Below are positions 58,173 to 64,000 of a DNA stretch of 64,000 nucleotides, one piece after another. Source of the DNA: Novosphingobium sp. (GTDB lineage Bacteria > Pseudomonadota > Alphaproteobacteria > Sphingomonadales > Sphingomonadaceae); assembly GCA_031366845.1 (NCBI GenBank), contig JANLOZ010000257.1, positions 728 to 64,727 of the forward strand, in the 5' to 3' direction. Positions within the stretch are counted from its first letter, which is position 1; each line of letters opens with the position of its first letter. The notes under the pieces were generated by a model. It was not told the DNA's origin, searched no databases, and saw only the letters and a list, made by a program, of their open reading frames with translations. Both the position numbers and the translations under genes were made by a program.

Positions 58173-59462
58173 TTACTTATGCCCGAAACCGGTTATCATT
58201 GTTTTCACGGTTTTCACCATGATCAGCACGTCGAGCCACAGCGAGAAGTTGCGGATGTAGTAGAAGTCATATTGCAGCTTGGTGCGGATATCGTCGATCT
58301 CGGCAACATGCCCCTGATTGACCTGCGCCCAACCCGATATGCCGGGGCGGACAACGTGGCGATAGCGATAGAACGGGATCTCGCCCTGATACCATTCGGA
58401 AAGCTGCGAAGCTTCGGGGCGCGGCCCGATCCAGCTCATCTGCCCGGCGAGGATATTGAGCACCTGCGGCAGCTCGTCGATCCGGCTGTGGCGCAGAAAC
58501 CGGCCGAGCTTGGTGATGCGGCGGTCATTTTCCTGGGTGATGAACTGCTCGATCGCGCTTTGACCCTCCGCATCGCGGCGCGTCTTGTGATCCTCACGCA
58601 TGGTGCGGAACTTGAACACGGTGAATTCGTGCCCGCGATAGCCCATGCGGCGCTGGCGGAACAGCACCGGGCCGGGACTGTCGATCTTGATGGCCAGCGC
58701 GGTTACGGCAAACAGCGGCAGCAGCATAACCAGCACCGGCAGCGCCACAACCCAGTCAAACGCCTGCTTGAACGATAGCAGCGATCCCATCGGCCCCAGC
58801 GCGCCAAAATTGTTTTCGGACAGGTGCTCAAGATCGGCGCGGCCGGTCAGCGATTCGTAGAGGTCTTTCGAATGGTACACGGGCACGCCCGCGAGGGTGA
58901 AATCGGCGAGCCGCGCTTCCCATGCATCCGCATGATCGAAGCGGAAATCGGCGACCACTGCATCGACCTTGTCGGGCAGGTCGCCATCTTTCAGCGGAAC
59001 CAGCTCGATGCCCGAAAGCGCGTTGAACAGATTGACCCGCCCGCCTTTGACCATGCCGAGCACCAGCCGGGTCTTGCGCTGCGTCAGGGCGTAGACGAGA
59101 AAAAACCACAACACCGCAAGGCCGAAGCCGACGAACATCATAAGCCGCGAATATTCGATACGAAACAGCAGAATAGCCATGAAAGCCAGCGCGAACGAAG
59201 CGAAGAACCCTGGGATGATCCCCGAACTTTCGCGGGTTCCGGGCAGGTTGCTCACCGAGCGCTGGAGCCAGTATCCGGCAACCAGCGCGACGCCGCTGGC
59301 AATCGCGGTGTTGCGCGCGGCAATTTCATGCCAGCCCTCGGGCAGGTTGGCGGTGACCAGCAGATAGGGGGACACAACGCAGATAAACGCGGCGATCAGC
59401 AGTTGCACCACGGGGTGCAGCCACAGAATACGTCTCTGGAATCGCCGTTTTGAGACGTTCAT
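58173..59462 (-). CDS. priming polyprenyl-phosphate sugar-1-phosphate transferase (sugar transferase)
   Basis: N-terminal TM helices and C-terminal FKFRTM, SRIDELPQ, SWIGPRPE, RPGISGWAQV and YDFYYI motifs. Confidence 0.92.
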   Translation of the reverse strand: MNVSKRRFQRRILWLHPVVQLLIAAFICVVSPYLLVTANLPEGWHEIAARNTAIASGVALVAGYWLQRSVSNLPGTRESSGIIPGFFASFALAFMAILLFRIEYSRLMMFVGFGLAVLWFFLVYALTQRKTRLVLGMVKGGRVNLFNALSGIELVPLKDGDLPDKVDAVVADFRFDHADAWEARLADFTLAGVPVYHSKDLYESLTGRADLEHLSENNFGALGPMGSLLSFKQAFDWVVALPVLVMLLPLFAVTALAIKIDSPGPVLFRQRRMGYRGHEFTVFKFRTMREDHKTRRDAEGQSAIEQFITQENDRRITKLGRFLRHSRIDELPQVLNILAGQMSWIGPRPEASQLSEWYQGEIPFYRYRHVVRPGISGWAQVNQGHVAEIDDIRTKLQYDFYYIRNFSLWLDVLIMVKTVKTMITGFGHK

Positions 59463-59721
59463 CGACCAAGCTCTACCTGACAATGCATTGAAGTGAAACC
59501 AAACGCGCATTTGCCGCCCGATCGGTCGAGCGCGGCGCCCTATAGGGCAAAAAGTCCGCGTGCTGCAAACTTCGTGTAGCGCAAATGGCGATTAGGCGCG
59601 GCTGAACTGCATCCTGGGCCTTTGCATCAAAGGCACGCGCTCCTGTCTGGACCTGCGGACATTTAGGCCTTAACGCGGCCTTCGCCGACACAGCTTCACC
59701 TGCCAAAAGGCCGATAGTTCA

Positions 59722-60309
59722 ATGCCGATACCCAGGCTTTTGCTGCCCGCCCGACACGGCGATTCGCGCGGCTGGTTCACGGAAAGCTATAACCGCCGCA
59801 AGCTCGCTGAGCTCGGCATTGGCGAGGATTGGGTTCAGGATAATCATTCTATGTCAGCCGCGCCCGGCACCCTGCGCGGGGTGCATTTTCAAACCCCGCC
59901 GCATGCGCAGGCCAAGGTCGTCCGCTGTCTGGTCGGGGCGATCTGGGATGTCGCGGTTGATCTGCGCGCCGGGTCGCCGACCTATGCCCGCTGGGTCGGG
60001 GCTGAGCTCACGGCGGCGCGCGGCGAGCAGCTTTATGTTCCTGCGGGCTTTGGCCATGGCTTCCTGACGCTCGGCGAAAACACCGAAGTTGCCTACAAGG
60101 CTTCGGACTATTATGCGCCCGAGGCCGATGCCGGATTTGCCTGGGATGATCCCGATATGGCGATTGCATGGCCGTTAGGGAACATAGGGCCGCTGGGCGA
60201 CATGGAGCCGTCGCTGTCTGACCGTGATCGCGGGCTTCCGCATCTTGCCGGGTGGCAAAGCCCTTTCGCCTATGATGGCGAACCACTTGTCGAATTGGTG
60301 AACCCCTGA
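59722..60309 (+). CDS. rfbC: dTDP-4-dehydrorhamnose 3,5-epimerase
   Basis: [33 protein letters not shown] and GFGHGF motifs. Confidence 0.95.
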   Translation: MPIPRLLLPARHGDSRGWFTESYNRRKLAELGIGEDWVQDNHSMSAAPGTLRGVHFQTPPHAQAKVVRCLVGAIWDVAVDLRAGSPTYARWVGAELTAARGEQLYVPAGFGHGFLTLGENTEVAYKASDYYAPEADAGFAWDDPDMAIAWPLGNIGPLGDMEPSLSDRDRGLPHLAGWQSPFAYDGEPLVELVNP

Positions 60310-61391
60310 TGCAGCACAAACGCATTCTCGTAACGGGCGGCGCGGGCTTCATCGGTTCTGCGGTGGTGCGCCAGCTGATCGCCGAAACCGAGGCAGAGGT
60401 CTGCAATGTCGACAAGCTGACCTATGCGGGAAATCTTTCCTCGCTGGGGCTGGCGGGCGCATCGCAGCGGCACCATTTCGTCCAGGCGGATATCTGCGAT
60501 GGCGCGGCAATGGCGCAAGTCTTCGCCGATTTCCGCCCGCAAGCGGTGATGCACCTCGCGGCAGAAAGCCACGTTGATCGTTCGATCGATGGCCCGGCGG
60601 ATTTCGTCCGCACCAATCTGGTCGGCACGTTCACCCTGCTCGACGCGGCGACCGCGCACTGGCGCGGGCTTGCGGACGCTGAGCGTTCCGCCTTCCGCTT
60701 CCATCATATTTCCACCGACGAGGTGTTCGGCTCGCTCGGCGATGCCGGGATGTTCACCGAAGACACCAGCTATGATCCCCGCTCGCCCTATTCGGCGACC
60801 AAAGCCGGCAGTGATCATCTGGTGCGTGCCTGGTATCACACGCACGGGCTGCCGGCGGTGCTGACCAATTGTTCGAACAATTACGGGCCCTATCATTTTC
60901 CCGAAAAGCTGATCCCGCTGGTGATCCTCAAGGCGATTTCCGGCGCGCCGCTGCCGGTTTATGGCGATGGCAGCAATGTCCGCGATTGGCTGCACGTTGA
61001 AGACCACGCCCGCGCGCTCCGGCTGGTGGTCAGCGAAGGCGTGCCGGGCGAAACCTATTGCGTTGGCGGCAATTCGGAACGCACCAATCTGCAGGTGGTT
61101 GAGGCGATTTGCGCTGAGCTTGACCTGCTGCGTCCGCGCGCAGACGGCAAGCGTTACGCCAGCCAGATCACATTCGTTGCTGACCGGCCGGGGCACGATT
61201 TCCGCTACGCGATCGACGCCAGCAAGATCGCGCGCGAGCTTGGCTGGACCCCGGCGGAGAGCTTCGAGTCCGGGATCGCCGGGACCCTGCGCTGGTATCT
61301 CGAAAATGAGGCGTGGTGGCGGGCTATCCAGGATGGTTCCTATCGCGGTGAGCGGCTTGGCCTTGCAAGCGACGCTGCAACCGATGGCTGA
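60309..61391 (+). CDS. rfbB: dTDP-glucose 4,6-dehydratase
   Basis: [36 protein letters not shown] and PEKLIP motifs. Confidence 0.97.
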   Translation: MQHKRILVTGGAGFIGSAVVRQLIAETEAEVCNVDKLTYAGNLSSLGLAGASQRHHFVQADICDGAAMAQVFADFRPQAVMHLAAESHVDRSIDGPADFVRTNLVGTFTLLDAATAHWRGLADAERSAFRFHHISTDEVFGSLGDAGMFTEDTSYDPRSPYSATKAGSDHLVRAWYHTHGLPAVLTNCSNNYGPYHFPEKLIPLVILKAISGAPLPVYGDGSNVRDWLHVEDHARALRLVVSEGVPGETYCVGGNSERTNLQVVEAICAELDLLRPRADGKRYASQITFVADRPGHDFRYAIDASKIARELGWTPAESFESGIAGTLRWYLENEAWWRAIQDGSYRGERLGLASDAATDG

Positions 61392-62274
61392 AAAATGGCT
61401 ACTAACGGGCGGCACCGGTCAGCTGGGGCTGGCACTGCGCCGCAATCCGCCGCCGGGGGTGGAAATTTCCGCGCCCGGGCGGGATCTGCTCGATCTTGCT
61501 GCGCTGCCCGATCTGGCGCCGCTGCTCGAAGGCGTGCACGCCATCGTAAATTGCGGCGCCTACACGGCGGTCGACAAGGCCGAAAGCGAGCCTGAACTGG
61601 CACAGGTGATCAATGGCGAGGCGCCCGGAAAGCTGGCGCAGGCCGCGGCGCGCGCTGACATTCCCATCATCCACGTTTCAACCGACTATGTCTTTGCCGC
61701 CGATGGCGTTGGCCCATGGAGCGAAGACGCGGCGATCAATCCCGCGTCGGTCTATGGCCGCAGCAAGGCCGATGGCGAGGCTGCCGTGCGCGCATCGGGC
61801 GCGCGCCACGCGATTGTCCGCACGGCTTGGGTGGTGAGTGCCGATGGCCAGAATTTCGTCAGGACCATGCTCCGGCTGGGTGCCGCCCGTGATGAACTTC
61901 GCGTTGTCAATGATCAGCGGGGAACCCCGACTGCCGCCGCCGATTTCGCGCTCGCGCTCGCGGCCATAACCCAGCGCTTCACTGCCGATCCGCAGCGGCA
62001 ATCGGGCACATGGCATTGCACGAACGCGGGTGAAACCACATGGCACGGGCTGGCCGCGCAGATATTCGCCAGCGCCGCAACACAGGGCCTCAAGGTTCCC
62101 ACTGCGCTCGAAGCCATCACCACCGCCGAATATCCCACCCCCGCACGCCGCCCGGCCGATTCGCGGCTTGACTGCACAAAGCTCGCTGGCGACTTTGGCA
62201 TTCGCTTGCAGCCATGGCAGGATGCGGTCGAGGCAATCGTCGGGCAACTGGCGGCAAAGGAACAGGCACGATGA
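61384..62274 (+). CDS. rfbD: dTDP-4-dehydrorhamnose reductase
   Basis: [29 protein letters not shown] and [10 protein letters not shown] motifs. Confidence 0.95.
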   Translation: MAEKWLLTGGTGQLGLALRRNPPPGVEISAPGRDLLDLAALPDLAPLLEGVHAIVNCGAYTAVDKAESEPELAQVINGEAPGKLAQAAARADIPIIHVSTDYVFAADGVGPWSEDAAINPASVYGRSKADGEAAVRASGARHAIVRTAWVVSADGQNFVRTMLRLGAARDELRVVNDQRGTPTAAADFALALAAITQRFTADPQRQSGTWHCTNAGETTWHGLAAQIFASAATQGLKVPTALEAITTAEYPTPARRPADSRLDCTKLAGDFGIRLQPWQDAVEAIVGQLAAKEQAR

Positions 62275-63158
62275 AAGGCATCATTCTCGCAGGCGGCGCA
62301 GGCTCGCGGCTGCATCCGGCAACGCTGGCGGTGAACAAGCAACTGCTGCCGGTTTATGACAAGCCGATGATCTACTTCCCGCTATCGACGCTGATGCTCG
62401 CAGGCGTGCGCGAGGTGCTGATCATCTCCTCGCCCGAATATATCGACAACTACCGCCGCCTGTTCGGATCGGGCGAGCAATATGGCCTCGCGATCAGTTA
62501 TGCCGAACAGCCGCGCCCTGAGGGCCTTGCCCAGGCATTCCACATCGGCGCGGACTTCATCGATGGCGGCCCGGCGAGCCTGGTTCTGGGCGACAACCTG
62601 TTTTACGGCGCAGGTCTTCCCGAAATGCTCACCCGCGCGCGGGAGCGGGCTTTGGCGGGGGCGGCGACGGTGTTTGGCTACCACGTTGAGGACCCGACGG
62701 CTTACGGCGTGGTCGAGCTCGATGGCCACGGCAAGGCCTTGTCGCTGGAGGAAAAGCCCGCGCAGCCCAAATCAAGCTGGGCGGTGACCGGGCTCTATTT
62801 CTACGATGCGCGCGTTACCGACATCGCGCGCGAGGTGAAGCCATCGGCGCGTGGCGAGCTGGAGATTACCGATCTCAACCGCATCTATATGGAACTTGGC
62901 GCGCTCAACGTTGAACGCATGGGGCGCGGCTATGCCTGGCTCGATACCGGGACGCATGACAGCCTGCTCGAGGCGGGCGAATTCGTCCGCACGCTCCAGC
63001 GGCGGCAGGGCATCCAGCTCGCCTGCCTTGAGGAAATTGCCTGGCAAAACGGCTGGATATCTGACGCGCAGCTGCGCGAACGCGGCGCGTTTTTCGGCAA
63101 GACCAGTTATGGCCAGTTTCTGCTGCGGCTGCTCGATGCTGACCGCGTGACCGGATGA
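62271..63158 (+). CDS. rfbA: glucose-1-phosphate thymidylyltransferase
   Basis: [37 protein letters not shown] and WLDTGTH motifs. Confidence 0.97.
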   Translation: MKGIILAGGAGSRLHPATLAVNKQLLPVYDKPMIYFPLSTLMLAGVREVLIISSPEYIDNYRRLFGSGEQYGLAISYAEQPRPEGLAQAFHIGADFIDGGPASLVLGDNLFYGAGLPEMLTRARERALAGAATVFGYHVEDPTAYGVVELDGHGKALSLEEKPAQPKSSWAVTGLYFYDARVTDIAREVKPSARGELEITDLNRIYMELGALNVERMGRGYAWLDTGTHDSLLEAGEFVRTLQRRQGIQLACLEEIAWQNGWISDAQLRERGAFFGKTSYGQFLLRLLDADRVTG

Positions 63159-64000
63159 GCTTGTCTGCGCCTGCGGCTGGGCCTGCGCCTGCACCTGCGG
63201 CTGGGCCTGTCGGGCGGCCTGCCCCGGCGCGGGCACCGGGGGTGCTCTACATCAGCTATGACGGCATGCTTGAGCCGCTCGGGCAGAGCCAGGTAATCTC
63301 CTATCTTGAACTGCTCGGCGGCGATGCCCGGCTGCATATTCTGAGCTTTGAAAAGCCTGCTGACTGGGCTGATGTGGCGCGCCGTGGGGCGCTGGCCGAG
63401 CGGCTGGCGCGCGCCCATATCACCTGGCATCCGCTGACCTATCACAAGGCGCCAACGCTGCCCGCAACACTGTTCGATATTGCCCAGGGGCTGGCGGTGG
63501 CAACATGGCTGGCGGCGCGGCACGGGCTGCGCATTGTTCATGCACGAAGCTATGTCCCGGCGCTGATCGGCTGGCTCGTCAAGCTGCTCACCGGCGCGCG
63601 GCTGATATTCGATATGCGCGGGTTCTGGGCGGATGAGCGGGTTGATGGCGGCATCTGGCCGGCGGGCGGCGGGCTCTATCGCGGGGTCAAACGGATCGAG
63701 CGCGTTATGCTGCGCGGGGCGGATCATATTGTCACGCTGACCCATGCTTCGGTTGGTGTGATCGCCAAGCTCGGCGGACCGCGCCCGGCACCCATTACCG
63801 TGATCCCCACTTGTGCCGATCTTGATCGGTTCTCTAGTGTGCCGGGCGCGGCCAGGGTGGCGCCGTTCACGCTCGGCTATGTCGGTTCGATCGGCACCTG
63901 GTATCTGTTCGATGAAGTGCTCGCCTGCTTCCGCCTGATCCGCGAGCGGCGGCCCGAGGCGAAGATGCTGGTGGTCAATCGCGGCGAGCAGGCGCTGGTC
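63155..64000 (+). CDS. glycosyltransferase family 4 protein (5' part, runs off the window edge)
   Basis: Not in the ORF track. The ATG overlaps the rfbA stop, and the frame reads MSLSAPAAGPAPAPAAGP...VLYISYDGMLEPLGQSQV...VHARSYVPA...IFDMRGFWADERVDGG. Confidence 0.85.
   Translation, partial: MSLSAPAAGPAPAPAAGPVGRPAPARAPGVLYISYDGMLEPLGQSQVISYLELLGGDARLHILSFEKPADWADVARRGALAERLARAHITWHPLTYHKAPTLPATLFDIAQGLAVATWLAARHGLRIVHARSYVPALIGWLVKLLTGARLIFDMRGFWADERVDGGIWPAGGGLYRGVKRIERVMLRGADHIVTLTHASVGVIAKLGGPRPAPITVIPTCADLDRFSSVPGAARVAPFTLGYVGSIGTWYLFDEVLACFRLIRERRPEAKMLVVNRGEQALV

Overview
High-GC alphaproteobacterial chromosomal window, most consistent with Sphingomonadales (Erythrobacteraceae/Novosphingobium-like), spanning the replication origin. 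The candidate oriC lies between a divergent PSRP(DUF299)-maf-aroE-coaE-dnaQ-hpf-ptsN run and hemE-hemJ-rho. It is followed by mnmE-mnmG-rsmG-parA-parB with three parS palindromes. The rest is mostly conserved core: tsaC, helicase-S4-fdxA-carD, hemB, clpA, trcR, proA-nadD-rsfS-rlmH-envC-S41 protease, an M23-bactofilin pair, and polysaccharide genes (wecBC, nucleotide-sugar dehydrogenase/epimerase, priming glycosyltransferase, rfbCBDA, GT4). The stand-out accessory element is a partly low-GC two-gene cassette (45585-46993) beside wecB. It has a sigma70-like promoter whose -10 is overlapped by a near-consensus alphaproteobacterial LexA box. This promoter drives a signal-peptide-less protein with an N-terminal FEHYLRTGR...KFNxxHDxxGRF module and a divergent phosphodiester-glycosidase-like C-terminus, coupled by a GTGA overlap to a small 3-TM protein. 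I read it as a candidate SOS-inducible polymorphic effector/immunity pair; this is inference and needs searches and experiments. No rRNA, tRNA, CRISPR array or transposase was seen. All annotations come from motif recognition by eye, with no database searches run.
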